NCBI GenBank assembly: GCA_965235115.1
Contig: OZ249436.1
Coordinates: 22,198,001-22,262,000 of the forward strand
From: Laetmonice hystrix
Taxonomy: Eukaryota
Direction of reading: 5' to 3'
Length of the DNA: 64,000 bases
How positions within the stretch are numbered: the stretch's first letter is position 1; every line of letters starts with the position of its first letter. The notes beneath the pieces were generated by a model. The model was not told the DNA's origin. It saw only the letters and a list, made by a program, of their open reading frames with translations, and searched no databases. A program made the position numbers and the translations under genes. Positions 27,179 to 40,097 of the stretch are shown one piece after another.

Positions 27179-29014
27179 CATCACAGCCGTATGGTCAATC
27201 AAAATAATATCTGAGTGATTGGTGGGTATCACAGCCGTATGATCATCAAAATAATATCTGAGACCGTGCACTCTGTGCCATGTACATGTAGTGATTGGTG
27301 GGTATCACAGCCGTATGGTCATCAAAATAATATCTGAGACCGTTAACTCTGTGCCATGTACATGTAGTGATTGGTGGGTATCACAGCCGTATGGTCATCA
27401 AAATAATATCTGAGACTGTTAACTCTGTGCCATGTACATGTAGTGATTGGTGGGTATCACAGCCGTATGGTCATCAAAATAATATCTGAGACCGTTAACT
27501 CTGTGCCATGCCACACATACATGTAGTGATTGGTGGGTATCACAGCCGTATGGTCATCAAAATAATATCTGAGACCGTTAACTCTGTGTCATGCCACACA
27601 TACATGTATTTTTCTTTTGAAATGCACGGGCATCAGGGGTAACCCAATTACTTTGACAATGTCCCTAAAGAGAAAAGTTGTATAGTCCTCTACAGGAATC
27701 GAACCCAGGCCCTAAGATTACTGCACCCATTCGCATAGCATAAGGTGTCGACATCCATGCCCACTAGGCCATCACAGCCGTATGGTCATCAAAATAATAT
27801 CTGAGACTGTTAACTCTGTGTCATGCCACACATACATGTAGTGATTGGTGGGTATCACAGCCGTATGGTCATCAAAATAATATCTGAGACTGTTAACTCT
27901 GTGTCATGCCACACATACATGTAGTGATTGGTGGGTATCACAGCCGTATGGTCATCAAAATAATATCTGAGACCGTTAACTCTGTGCCATGTACATGTAG
28001 TGATTGGTGGGTATCACAGCCGTATGGTCATCAAAATAATATCTGAGACCGTGCACTCTGTGCCATGTACATGTAGTGATTGGTGGGTATCACAGCCGTA
28101 TGGTCATCAAAATAATATCTGAGACCGTTAACTCTGTGCCATGTACATGTAGTGATTGGTGGGTATCACAGCCGTATGGTCATCAAAATAATATCTGAGA
28201 CCGTTAACTCTGTGCCATGTACATGTAGTGATTGGTGGGTATCACAGCCGTATGGTCATCAAAATAATATCTGAGACCGTTAACTCTGTGCCATGTACAT
28301 GTAGTGATTGGTGGGTATCACAGCCGTATGGTCATCAAAATAATATCTGAGACCGTGCACTCTGTGCCATGTACATGTAGTGATTGGTGGGTATCACAGC
28401 CGTATAGTCATCAAAATAATATCTGAGACCGTGCACTCTGTGCCATGTACATGTAGTGATTGGTGGGTATCACAGCCGTATGGTCATCAAAATAATATCT
28501 GAGACCGTGCACTCTGTGCCATGTACATGTAGTGATTGGTGGGTATCACAGCCGTATGGTCATCAAAATAATATCTGAGACCGTGCACTCTGTGCCATGT
28601 ACATGTAGTGATTGGTGGGTATCACAGCCGTATGGTCATCAAAATAATATCTGAGACCGTGCACTCTGTGCCATGTACATGTAGTGATTGGTGGGTATCA
28701 CAGCCGTATGGTCATCAAAATAATATCTGAGACTGTTAACTCTGTGTCATGCCACACATACATGCAGTGATTGGTGGGTATCACAGCCGTATGGTCATCA
28801 AAATAATATCTGAGACCGTTAACTCTGTGCCATGTACATGTAGTGATTGGTGGGTATCACAGCCGTATGGTCATCAAAATAATATCTGAGACCGTGCACT
28901 CTGTGCCATGTACATGTAGTGATTGGTGGGTATCACAGCCGTATGGTCATCAAAATAATATCTGAGACTGTTAACTCTGTGTCATGCCACACATACATGT
29001 AGTGATTGGTGGGT
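27179..29014. repeat. Minisatellite, 76/83-bp unit, interrupted by a tRNA-like cassette
   Basis: atcacagccgtatggtcatcaaaataatatctgagaccgttaactctgtgccatgtacatgtagtgattggtgggt, about 22 copies. Confidence 0.97.
27609..27778 (-). mobile_element. tRNA(Ser)-like Pol III head (SINE or satellite-derived); not a functional tRNA
   Basis: Minus strand reads gctgtgatggcctagtgg (A-box, plus 27761-27771) ... ggttcgattcc (B-box, plus 27695-27705); no 3' acceptor-stem complement. Confidence 0.75.
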
Positions 29015-29329
29015 AAAATATTTTTTATTAGAATTGTCTACTGAGGTCCGTGCCATCACTAGCCAGGCGCCTGAAGTCATGTGAGACGATCTCCACTTCT
29101 CTCGTCCGCCAGTCCGTCATTGACCGATATCCTTGACCTTCCATGACGTCCAATACGTCGGTGGTAGCTGCATTGTTTGTTCGTGTGAAACAACTCCTGT
29201 ACGGCCGCCACCAATGTCTGATCCGGGACACACAGTTGTTTCACGAGTAAACCCGACCGTGAATCAATGACTGCCCCCACAACCATTGTGTCCCCGCGTT
29301 CAGCGCGCCCTCTCTCGGAGCCATTCCCC

Positions 29330-29400
29330 TCAGGCGACCGATGACGTCATTGTGCCGGACTTCCGGTTCTACATCCCTGACGTTGACAACGTCCGGTGAT
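29330..29400. promoter_or_regulatory. CRE plus ETS motif pair in a CpG-rich stretch
   Basis: Palindrome atgacgtcat (29341-29350) followed by acttccggt. Confidence 0.25.
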
Positions 29401-29788
29401 ACAAATATGGAGGTAATCCTGTGCCGGGAGGCAAACAAAGCGAGGTTGGCTAGACGGTCGTAACGGGTAGAGGTATTGTTAGCCGGTGTAGGTCGACTAA
29501 TCGATAAGATGTTAATCAAATTAAATAAGGTGGAAGGAGGCATGTTGTGCCAGTTTAAAGTCCGTGTTTGAAGTTACCCCCTACGTGCAGCGTAGGAAGA
29601 CGATGGGCGGTACAACCACCGCCAGGAATCGTTATCGTTTCAACGGTTTGTTCAAAGGGACCACAAACCACCAGCAAGGACAAATTCATCCCGTTTTTCC
29701 AGGGATGTCTACATTAGCCCAGTTACAGAGCCGGCCTACACGCCCACGCCTACAGACTTGGTGATTCAATACGATAGCGCTGGATATA

Positions 29789-30643
29789 TCGGGTGGATAA
29801 AAAGAAACGCCCCGAACTTTAAACTTCAATATTTCAAAAAGTATTGATTGTAATTCAATGAAATTTTTCTTACTATCACTTCATGATGTTGTCTCTTAGC
29901 TGTTAATGTTACAACTCAATAGCTTGGATAATATTTCCGTAGCGCTAAAAACAAAAATCATTGTACAAAAGTGCAATGCCGGGCTAAAGTGAGTTGTAGT
30001 CGCACCCAGAGTCCCTGGCCTCACACTAGAGTAGGTGGTCAATCGGTCCCCCGTTTTCACTTCATACTGCTCTGAGTCTCTTTTTACATGCACCAATGCA
30101 CTTCCTAATCTCTGATAGGAAATTATCTTCCCATTATTGGGAAATAAGCAGCGTTCTGAACGTGTTGCTAAACGTCATAATGAATAAGATTTCCCTTAAA
30201 CTTCTGGTTACAGTCATATCGTCCTAATGTTGCAGTTTCTCTGTAGGGTTTGGCAAATTAAACATCTGGGTTTCTCTAGAAGTACTAGGAATAGCACATA
30301 ATTTATTATATCTAGTGGTTCACAACATTATACATATTGTAAAACATGCAAAAACTAAATATTGAAAACTTTTTTACCCAAGGTACAATGCGGTGCATCA
30401 AACAGGTGTCAAATTGGACACCTGGCAGCTGCATGATATTTGACCTAATTCCGGCATTGTGTTTTTAGACACTGATTTTTGTTTTTACGCCACGGGATTA
30501 ATATCAAAGTTATTGAGCTGAAACTTTAACATACAAGAGATAATATCATGAAGTTATATTATGGGAAATTTTATTGAATTATAATGCAAAGTTATTGAAA
30601 TATTAAAGTTTAAAGTTCGGGGCGTTTTTTTTTATCCACCCGA
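29789..30643. mobile_element. Tc1/mariner-type MITE, 855 bp, about 190-bp imperfect TIRs, TA TSD
   Basis: TA|tcgggtggataaaaagaaacgccccgaactttaaactt ... aagtttaaagttcggggcgtttttttttatccacccga|TA; inverted similarity extends to caatgccgg (about 29982) and ccggcattg (about 30451); no ORF. Confidence 0.9.
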
Positions 30644-30949
30644 TACATGGTATATGTCAGTCCTGTAGATCTCGTACACGCCCATCTTCACCGACACGGT
30701 CGGCCTCTATTCTGTGGCCGACGCTCCATAGGGAGGGTGTCCTTGACCTCATTGTGTCCGCTTTAAGCCAAAAATTATTATAGGCCTACAGAACTAAATG
30801 CGTAGGTCGCCATCATGGATTCATATACCATTAAGCTGAGTACAGTGTTTATAATTTGAAGCCAGGCCATCGTTTCCAACTCTATATTGTTACCTGTTTT
30901 CTGTGGAATTATTTTTAAGATGCGTATCGCTATGAGCGTATGATTTGGA

Positions 30950-31305
30950 TGACCCCAGCCTGTAAGAGTAACGTTGGCGGCGTAGATATCCTCTGACCCC
31001 AGCCTGTAAGAGTAACGTTGGCGGCATAGATATCCTCGGACCCCAGCCTGTAAGAGTAACGTTGGCGGCGTAGATATCCTCATGACCCCAGCCTGTAATA
31101 GTAACGTTGGCGGCGTAGATATCCTCTGACCCCAGCCTGTAAGAGTAACGTTGGCGGCGTAGATATCCTCTGACCCCAGCCTGTAAGAGTAACGTTGGCG
31201 GCGTAGATAGCCTCTGACCCCAGCCTGTAAGAGTAACGTTGGCGGCGTAGATATCCTCTGACCCCAGCCTGTAAGAGTAACGTTGGCGGCGTAGATATCC
31301 TCTGA
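30950..31305. repeat. Minisatellite, 44-bp unit
   Basis: tgaccccagcctgtaagagtaacgttggcggcgtagatatcctc, 8 copies. Confidence 0.96.
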
Positions 31306-33579
31306 TGGTGCTTGGGTTTGAGGCGCACGTACAGCCAGATTAAGGACGTGCATCTTTAATGGCATGGCTTAATAATTCAGGCGGCGCTTGGCTGAAATGA
31401 TCGACAGGCGCCCGCCGAGACTGACTGCGGTGATGCTTCGCTGGTCATCAACACTGCCTTAAAAGCTTTAATTGTGACCGAGCTGTGTTAGGGGGAAGGG
31501 GCCGAGCGACAGGGTCATCCCGGGGGGAGCCGTACCCCGGCATCCGGCCCCCTCCCCCACCGGCACGGTCCCCTGGGGGCGGCGTGAGAGAGATGACTGA
31601 TGCTGGAGACGATAACGGACATATTGTCCGAATTCATCATGACCGGGGCGCGGCTACAGCAGCCCGCCTCACTGACTGGCAGGTTACATAAGATGACACC
31701 CATGTTCACGCCTCCCACTTTCCATTCCTGCTAGCGATTGGCTTCGAGGAATCTAGGCATGCAACCCAGATGCTTACTAGAGTAGATTCTAACACACTGA
31801 TATATACAATTAGTCGTAAGATGATCTCTCAATCAGTAGTGAAGTGGAGACTGAACGACTGGTAGCTTTTGTATTATACATTGTTATGAGCCGGATACCG
31901 ATTTTGTTGGAATATCTCAGCTTCTAAATTTCAGTTAACTTGTTAATGAAGCTGGCTAGATACGTCAATGTACCTCTAATGGTCAGAATAAAGTCTGTTC
32001 ATTTCCATACCGGTGCAAACATACACCTTACATACGCATTTCAAGACATGCAGACAACAGGAGCAGACAGCCCATAAAGAGAAGTACCCCGTGTCAAACG
32101 TTCAATTCCATACACTACTTATAGTTTGTGCGACAGAGCGGACTGCCGCGGTCTGCGCTCACCTCAGTACACGGCACACTGCTGTGAGAGGGAACGATCT
32201 TACTTATTGTAAAAACTCCACAGATCATCCGAGCCTCGGGCGGGCCAGGTATAGCCGGACATTGGCCTGTAATCCTCACACCCCCACAAACCCACACACA
32301 GCCTTCCCCCCACACCCCCCCCCCCCCCACACACCCTACGGCCAGCGTCGACAGCGCCCTGCATGGACACACGCCACAGTTGTCTGTCTACACGGACACA
32401 CGGCCAACTTTCACTGACCACACGTTGGCCGTTGTCACAGCAACCAAGGTTATGGCTTAATGGCTATTTTTTCATGTTATTATTGATTTATGGTGGCTTG
32501 ACCGCAATGGCGGCTGGAATTGGCAGGCCGCCTGACCAACCAAGGAACGGCTCACTGAGCGGTGGTCTAATGGACCTACTGACTGAGGATTAGACCACAG
32601 GGCTAACTGTCTGTATACCATACTCGAGTTTTCGCCATTATAATCATTGTTAGTGTACATTATCACTTGTTTACATTCTTCAAAATTTTTATAATGAATT
32701 ATTATCAAATCAACTTCAATATTATCGTCATTATTTCAAGCGGCTATCAATTTAACAATTCTATAATAAATACACTAATATTGTTTTATTTATGTAAGCC
32801 TATGTCAACATTGTTAGCCGAACTAAAAAACCCTCCTTTACTCAGACAATTGAGTTATGAATGCTCGTGTCGATTAGCACTCTGTGTACGAGGAAAGGTT
32901 TCGTGTTGGATCCGTAATGTCCTGAGAAATCTCCTTTGAAGTTTCCGATATTTACCGGTGCTCGGCTGTAAACGTGCAGGAAACACTTTACTACCTGGCA
33001 TTGGTTCGTCACAGGTAAGCAGCCCACTGAATATGTTCGTTCTATAGGTGTACAGTTGTCCCCAAGGGTCGGGAGCTGCGAGTTGGCACGAGACAAATTA
33101 AAAATTGATAAACATAATGGTGCATGTCATATCGCTTTGTGTGTGACAAGTGCGCGGAATTTGTTCTGGCATCAGACCACGTACACTGATATCGTTATCG
33201 ACGAGTAACGAAAACACAACGTAGTTTGGGCAAACCGTCCGTTAACCTCGACAGGTATAGAGGATCATCAGTGACTACCAGACATCATAATACTTGTTTG
33301 CCTGCCGGGACTATACCGCTCAGGATGAAAAATAACTTCACGGCTGTGGCAAACGTGAACTTTCCGCTTGAATTAACTGATAGCTCTCACTGAATTATTC
33401 TGGATTATATTGTGACAGTTGGGAGATGTTCAACATTAACACTTACGGTATAAACCAGAAGTATTATTCTATTCTCAGAACAAAATGCTTTATACAATGT
33501 ATCCACTTTATTTGTACCGGAAAGAAGACAATGTTTGGTATAGAAGATGATTATGAGAACCAGTTTTATTTTCGCATTG

Positions 33580-33928
33580 ACACACACAGATACAGACCAT
33601 CCAGTGGTTAAAAATATGTAAAAGGGGCGTGCACTTCCAGAAACAAACATGAAAATTTGGCCTAAGGGGGTTTTGGGTATGCTGATTTAAAAAATTGCGG
33701 GAACCATGACGTCACTCCAACCGTTCCAGCCAAAAATTGAGAAATTCAAAATGGCCGCCAGAAAACACGTCTTCGTCCATAAAATAAAGTGCCCCGATTT
33801 CAATAATCTTGTTGTCTATACCTATGTTTTTGAGGTCAAGGAATCAAATAAAACTCATATCAAGATTAATAACGTACATCTTGATTGTACAAATGTTAAA
33901 AAGTGCTCAAAAAGACTTAAAAGACTTA
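33580..33928 (+). mobile_element. Probable Helitron/DINE(HINE)-like non-autonomous element segment leading into tandem arrays
   Basis: gggggttttgggtatgctgatt and ttcaaaatggccgcc motifs plus a short gacacacacagatacaga microsatellite, recalled as typical of such elements; termini not resolved. Confidence 0.4.
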
Positions 33929-34852
33929 CCAGACTCCCTCCCTGGGGCCCCTAGCCAGGACTTTAGATTGAAGGGCGCTGTTCATGTACTGGATGGGGCT
34001 TACCCCCAGACTCCCTCCCTGGGGCCCCTAGCCAGGACCTTAGATTGAAGGGCGCTGTTCATGTACTGGATGAGGCTTACGCCCAGACTCCCTCCCTGGG
34101 GCCCCTAGCCAGGACCTTAGATTGAAGGGCGCTGTTCATGTATTGGATGGGGCTTACCCCCAGACTCCCTCCCTGGGGCCCCTAGCCAGGACCTTAGATT
34201 GAAGGGCGCTGTTCATGTACTGGATGAGGCTTACGCCCAGACTCCCTCCCTGGGGCCCCTAGCCAGGACGTTAGATTGAAGGGCGCTGTTCATGTATTGG
34301 ATGGGGCTTACTCCAAGACTCCCTCCCTGGGCCCCTAGCCAGGACGTTAGATTGAAGGGCGCTGTTCATGTATTGGATGGGGCTTACTCCAAGACTCCCT
34401 CCCTGGGCCCCTAGCCAGGACGTTAGATTGAAGGGCGCTGTTCATGTACTGGATGGGACCCTCAGACTCCCTCCCTGGGGCCCCTAGCCGGGACTTTAGA
34501 TTGAAGGGCGCGGTTCATGTATTGGATGGGGCTTAACCCCAGACTCCCTCCCTGGGGCCCCTAGCCAGGACCTTAGATTGAAAGGCGCTGTTCAAGTACT
34601 GGTTGAGGCTTACCCCCAGCCCCCCTCCCTGGGGCCCCTAACCGGGACTTTAGATTGAAGGGCGCTGTTCATGTATTAGATGGGTCTTACTCCAAGACTC
34701 CCTCCCTGGGGCCCCTAGCCAGGACCTTAGATTGAAGGGCGCTGTTCATGTACTGGATGGGGCTTACCCCCAGACTCCCTCCCTGGGCCCCTAGCAGGAC
34801 CTTAGATTGAAGGGCGCTGTTCATGTACTGGAGGGGGCTTAGCCCCAGACCC
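33929..34852. repeat. Minisatellite, about 77-bp unit
   Basis: agactccctccctggggcccctagccaggaccttagattgaagggcgctgttcatgtactggatggggcttaccccc, about 12 copies. Confidence 0.96.
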
Positions 34853-35040
34853 TTCCCCGTGGCCACCAACCAGGGTTATCCCCCATGGTAACTTTTGGGC
34901 AGGGGTTCAGGTTAAGGCATAGGATAGGGATGTTTTTGGGAGGTGTAGGGACCGGGGTTAGGGATAACGCCAGGGCTATTTTTCGACCAAATTATTCGTG
35001 GGGTTTAAACAGGCGATGTACCCTCGCCAGGACATTGGAT

Positions 35041-35452
35041 TGAAGGGGGCTGCTCATCTCCTGGAGGGAGTTGCTCATGTACTGGAGGGGGCTGCTCATG
35101 TACTGGGGGCGGCTCATGTACTGGAGTGGGTTGCTCATGTACTGGAGGGGGCGGCTCAAGTACTGGAGGGGGTTGCTCATTTACTGGAGTGGGTTGCTCA
35201 TTTACTGCAGGGGGCCGCTCATGTACTGCAGGGAGTTGCTCATGTACTGGAGGGGGTTCATGTATTGGAGGGGCCGCTCAAGTACTGGAGGGGGCCGCTC
35301 ATGTACTGGAGGGGGTTGCTCATGTAGTGGAGGGGGTTGCTCATTTACTGGAGTGGGTTGCTCATTTACTGGAGTGGGTTGCTCATTTACTGGAGTGGGT
35401 TTGCTTATTTACTGGAGGGGGCTGCTCATGTACTGCAGGGAGCTTACCCCCA
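35041..35452. repeat. Minisatellite, about 21-bp unit derived from the 77-bp unit
   Basis: gctcatgtactggagggggtt matches the 77-mer sub-segment gttcatgtactggatggggctt. Confidence 0.9.
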
Positions 35453-36769
35453 TATAGAATTTGTTAAAAACTTCGTACTCGCTATCGGCATTTCTTTGTT
35501 TTATTTCTACGAGTACACATTACTAAGTCACGCATCAAACAGTTGTGTTTGGGGATGTAACACGACACAAACCAAAGTTACCATCGTCTAGAGAACCCTA
35601 GAATCACTGAACCAAGGTATCACTCACACACTAACAAAATAACTCACACCTACGTCAAGCCACTGCAACTATAGAATAACTTACTCCAAGCTCGCTCGTT
35701 CGGACATTACCTGTATGTATGCCAGACTTATTACCCTGGCTGTAAGTGCAAAATATATACAAAATCTTTCAAAGTTTTTAGGCACAAGTGACAAATAGCA
35801 GATAGAGCAACTGAAATATTCCCATTTTTCTTCCTTAAACACCACACACTTAGAGCGTAACTCTATGTAGTAAGAGAATCCTCCTTGGTCCGTTATCACA
35901 TGGTCTACCTCGACGGTAAGGCCTTTATTACCCATGATCAAGTCGTCAACAAACCAACAGCTTGTCCACCACTTAATACAACCCATGACAAACTTTCCAT
36001 TGTCATACGCTTAACTCACCATTCCCTTCAGACTAGTCCAGTACAGAAGTCGTACAAAAAAAACCTTTAGAATGGAAACAAGTACATGAACACTTAAGTT
36101 TACAAAAGATATTGTAATACATGTATATCATAACTTCATTCATTACGTTACATTTATGTACGTAGTCTTTTTGAATTGAATTATATGCCATCTGATAAAC
36201 AATGCTCGGTAAAGTCTCATCTTCTTCCATACCACAAACGGCCTCGGTAGTATACTCCAGCTCGAGCGAGGCCTTTATAAACATACCTCTCTTATAATCA
36301 ACACATCAATCACCAAACAATGTCAAGCAACAATTATAATGTCAATCAGCAACAACCCACATGGTCCACTATAGTTTTATCGGATAACTTGGTCCTTTCC
36401 TTACAAACACGTCCTCCTCTGAAATCGGTCAGAAATTGACTCAACTACTGTAAACTGTAAACCTATAGGTGAGTGTACCTTATCATCTTGTAGGTTAGAC
36501 TAGAACTGGATGATGTGAGGGGGGTGTAGGAGGGAGTGTACTAGGCAGCGACCTGTCATAGCTTTAGTATGAATGTTGGAAGGTGCATGCACTGACATGG
36601 TTCTCCTCCAGTTGCTTATCGCCTCCTCTCTCGTAGATAAGCGCTCCGTATTTGGGAGAGACCACTGTAAAATTTGTGAGAAGCCCACTTTCCTATTTCT
36701 GAGATAACTTTCCTACTTGTGAGAGAACAATTTTCTATTTGTGATAGCACACTTTCCTATAAGTGACAC

Positions 36770-36935
36770 AAGAGAGAGAGAGAGAGAAAGAGAACAATTT
36801 TATATTTGTAAGAAAGAGCAATGTTCTATTTGCAAGCGAAGAGTAATTCCCTTTTTTGAAAGAGAACAATTTTATATTTGTAAGAAAGAGCAATGTCCTA
36901 TTTGCAAGCGAAGAGTAATTCCCTTTTTTGAAAGA
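36770..36935. repeat. (GA)n plus 72-bp tandem duplication
   Basis: gaaagagaacaattttatatttg...cccttttt starts at 36786 and again at 36858. Confidence 0.9.
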
Positions 36936-37907
36936 AAAGATCAATTTCTTATTGACTTCCTAGATATGTGCGTTCGGTTTGGGGGAAGGGCGCTATGAGG
37001 GGGAAGCCGGAAAAGTTAAGAACGTATTTATACAATAATAGAATGTAGACGCCTCACACGTCGGTCATGACTGAGAGGATGAGGGTATACAGCAGATTAG
37101 TCTGATTGGGTCCATTTGACGGGTGACTAGTTCTATAATCATAATGTATCTTCAACAACATCTATAACGGCAAAAATACATTGCTACAAATCACACCACT
37201 ACTTGATCCGTACAGAATGAATCCTTAATCTAAACGGTTTCCTTACTCCGTGCCACGTAATCTTCATTCATTCCACTCGAAAACGTCTCCTTATAAAACA
37301 CTTCATTCCCGGATTAAGAAGTATGACTTAGTGTGCGCGCGGTATAAACTTGGGAGAAGTAAAGATTTACAGGTATTGAACTGTTTCGTGTCTTTCATTA
37401 TCTACACAGCATTCTCCGACCATCAGGCCTTGAAACGGTATATAAACGTTATAATAATGTCGGGGATAATACACTTATCTTTACAATGTCACTGTTTACT
37501 TGACAAAACTACTACCCTGTTGTGCTCAGGTATATTGTAAGCATATGTATGTGGCAAGATTTTGCTTTAGGCACAGAAATTTAAAATACGTAAAATCAGA
37601 TGACACCCTCCAATGTAACAAGTAATGACTAATGACTAAAGAGATGTAGGTTAACCCTACTATCGACCAATGGTCGTAGCAAAAACCACTTATCATGTGC
37701 TGATACCATCACATCGCCAAATCAAACCAAAACAAAACAAAATGTACTGAGATTCCAATAAACTCTTAAACAAAAAGCCTGACACAAAACCATTTTACTG
37801 CTACAAACATCATACGTAAACTCATTTATGGTAACTTTTCTCTACCACTTCCTGTTCTACCCTCATATATTTCATACCTTGTCTCATATCGATAACAAGA
37901 ACGAACT

Positions 37908-38858
37908 ACATACCAGGTACATACGGTCTATGGTCGTATATCATGTACGAGATACATACCAGGTACATATGGTCAATGGTCGTATATCGAGATACATACC
38001 AGGTACATATGGTCAATGGTCGTATATCATGTACGAGATATATACCACGTACATATGGTCTATGGTCGTATATCATGTACGAGATATATACCAGGTACAT
38101 ATGGTCTATGGTCGTATATCATGTACGAGATACATACCAGGTACATACGGTCTATGGTCGTATATCATGTACGTGATACATACCAGGTACATACGGTCTA
38201 TGGCCGTATATCATGTACGAGATACATACCAGGTACATACGGTCTATGGTCATATATCATGTACGAGATACATACCAGGTACATATGGTCTATGGTCGTA
38301 TATCATGTACAAGATACATACCAGGTACATACGGTCTATGGTCGTATATCATGCACGAGATACATACCAGGTACATACGGTCTATGGCCGTATATCATGT
38401 ACGAGATACATACCAGGTACATATGATCTCTGGCCGTATATCATGCACGAGATACATACCAGGTACATACGGTCTATGGTCGTATATCATGCACGAGATA
38501 CATACCAGGTACATACGGTCTATGGTCATATATCATGTACGAGATACATACCAGGTACATACGGTCTATGGTCGTATATCATGTACGAGATACATACCAC
38601 GTACATACGGTCTATGGTCGTATATCATGTACGAGATACATACCAGGTACATATGATCTCTGGCCGTATATCATGCACGAGATACATACCAGATACATAC
38701 GGTCTATGGTCGTATATCATGTGCGAGATACATACCAGGTACATACGGTCTATGGTCGTATATCATGTACGAGATACATACCAGGTACATACGGTCTATG
38801 GTCGTATATCATGCACGAGATACATACCAGGTACATACGGTCTATGGTTGTATATCAT
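37908..38858. repeat. Minisatellite, 46-bp unit
   Basis: atacataccaggtacatacggtctatggtcgtatatcatgtacgag, about 20 copies. Confidence 0.97.
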
Positions 38859-38993
38859 ATTTTCTACATACAAACAAGGACTGATTTATGACTCAAGAGT
38901 TTCTCGTTTTCTTTGTGTTATCATAGTGATATACATAAACCGTTTATAACATGTACCATTATATACACCAGTCTCCTGTCTAGCATGCCGAGG

Positions 38994-39148
38994 TTAAGAT
39001 GATATGTGGTAGAGTTGTCCGAGGATACCGACAGACACCGGGGAACACAAGCTTGGTGATGTCGACCCGGCCTTGAAGTAATCCTTGGCCCGGTCCCATT
39101 CTTCCTCCGGAAACCGTCCACCCAGTGACATCCTCTCGGCTTCCTTGT
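38994..39148 (-). CDS. Candidate terminal coding exon of an unidentified minus-strand gene
   Basis: Acceptor tttggttctgtttcag; phase-1 reading xKEAERMSLGGRFPEEEWDRAKDYFKAGSTSPSLCSPVSVGILGQLYHISS*; downstream T-rich UTR-like tract with AATAAA at plus 35500-35505. Other frames are also open and no homolog is recognised. Confidence 0.35.
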
Positions 39149-39394
39149 CTGAAACAGAACCAAATCTGAACGTCAGTCAGGCTGTGTAAAGTACGGTTTA
39201 TTTCGGTGAGTGGAGACTACCGACAGCTAATCACCCTAACCATGTTATATGGTGGCGGACTGACGGAACAACTGAGAACGTTGTCAAGTTTGTCCAGGTA
39301 CCACCTCCTCAGGCAGGTGTTCCAATCAACAGGTTACCTTCTCACAACAATAGGTAACCTTGGGGAACCTATTACTCATACACCTTACACTCGT

Positions 39395-40097
39395 TCACCC
39401 TTCACGTCTGGTCACAGTGCTCACATGGAGCAGTGGGGTAAATGATGAAACGGTCACCCTTCACGTCTGGTCACAGTGCTCACATCGAGCAGTGGGGTGA
39501 ACGATGAAACGGTCACAGTGCTCACATGGAGCAGTGGGGTGAATGATGAAACGGTCACAGTGCTCACATGTAGCAGTGGGGTGAATGATGAAACGGTCAC
39601 AGTGCTCACATGGAGCAGTGGGGTGAATGATGAAACGGTCACAGTGCTCACATGTAGCAGTGGGGTGAATGATGAAACGGTCACAGTGCTCACATGGAGC
39701 AGTGGGGTGAATGATGAAACGTTCACCCTTCACGTCTGGTCACAGTGCTCACATCGAGCAGTGGGGTGAATGATGAAAAGGTCACCCTTGACGTTTGGTC
39801 ACAGTGCTCCCATGGAGTAGTGGGGTGAATGATGAAACGGTCACAGTGCTTACAAGGAACAGTGGGGTGAATGATGAAACGGTCACAGTGCTCACATGGA
39901 GCAGTGGGGTGAATGATGAAACGGTCACAGTGCTCACATGGAGCAGTGGGGTGAATGATGAAACGGTCACAGTGCTCACATGGAGCAGTGGGGTGAATGA
40001 TGAAACGGTCACAGTGCTCACATGGAGCAGTGGGGTGAATGATGAAAAGGTCACAGTGCTCACATGGAGCAGTGGGGTGAATGATGAAACGTTCACC
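39395..40097. repeat. Minisatellite, 42-bp unit with longer variants
   Basis: ggtcacagtgctcacatggagcagtggggtgaatgatgaaac, about 15 copies. Confidence 0.96.

Noticed and set aside
27179..29014. miR-2 precursor cluster
   Set aside because: Only the first 10 nt match, and no complementary 5' arm forms a precursor hairpin.
39395..40097. C/D snoRNA or hammerhead ribozyme array (aatgatgaaac...gtc)
   Set aside because: No D box, no CTGATGA core and no stem II. Other ctgatga sites in the window also lack hammerhead architecture.
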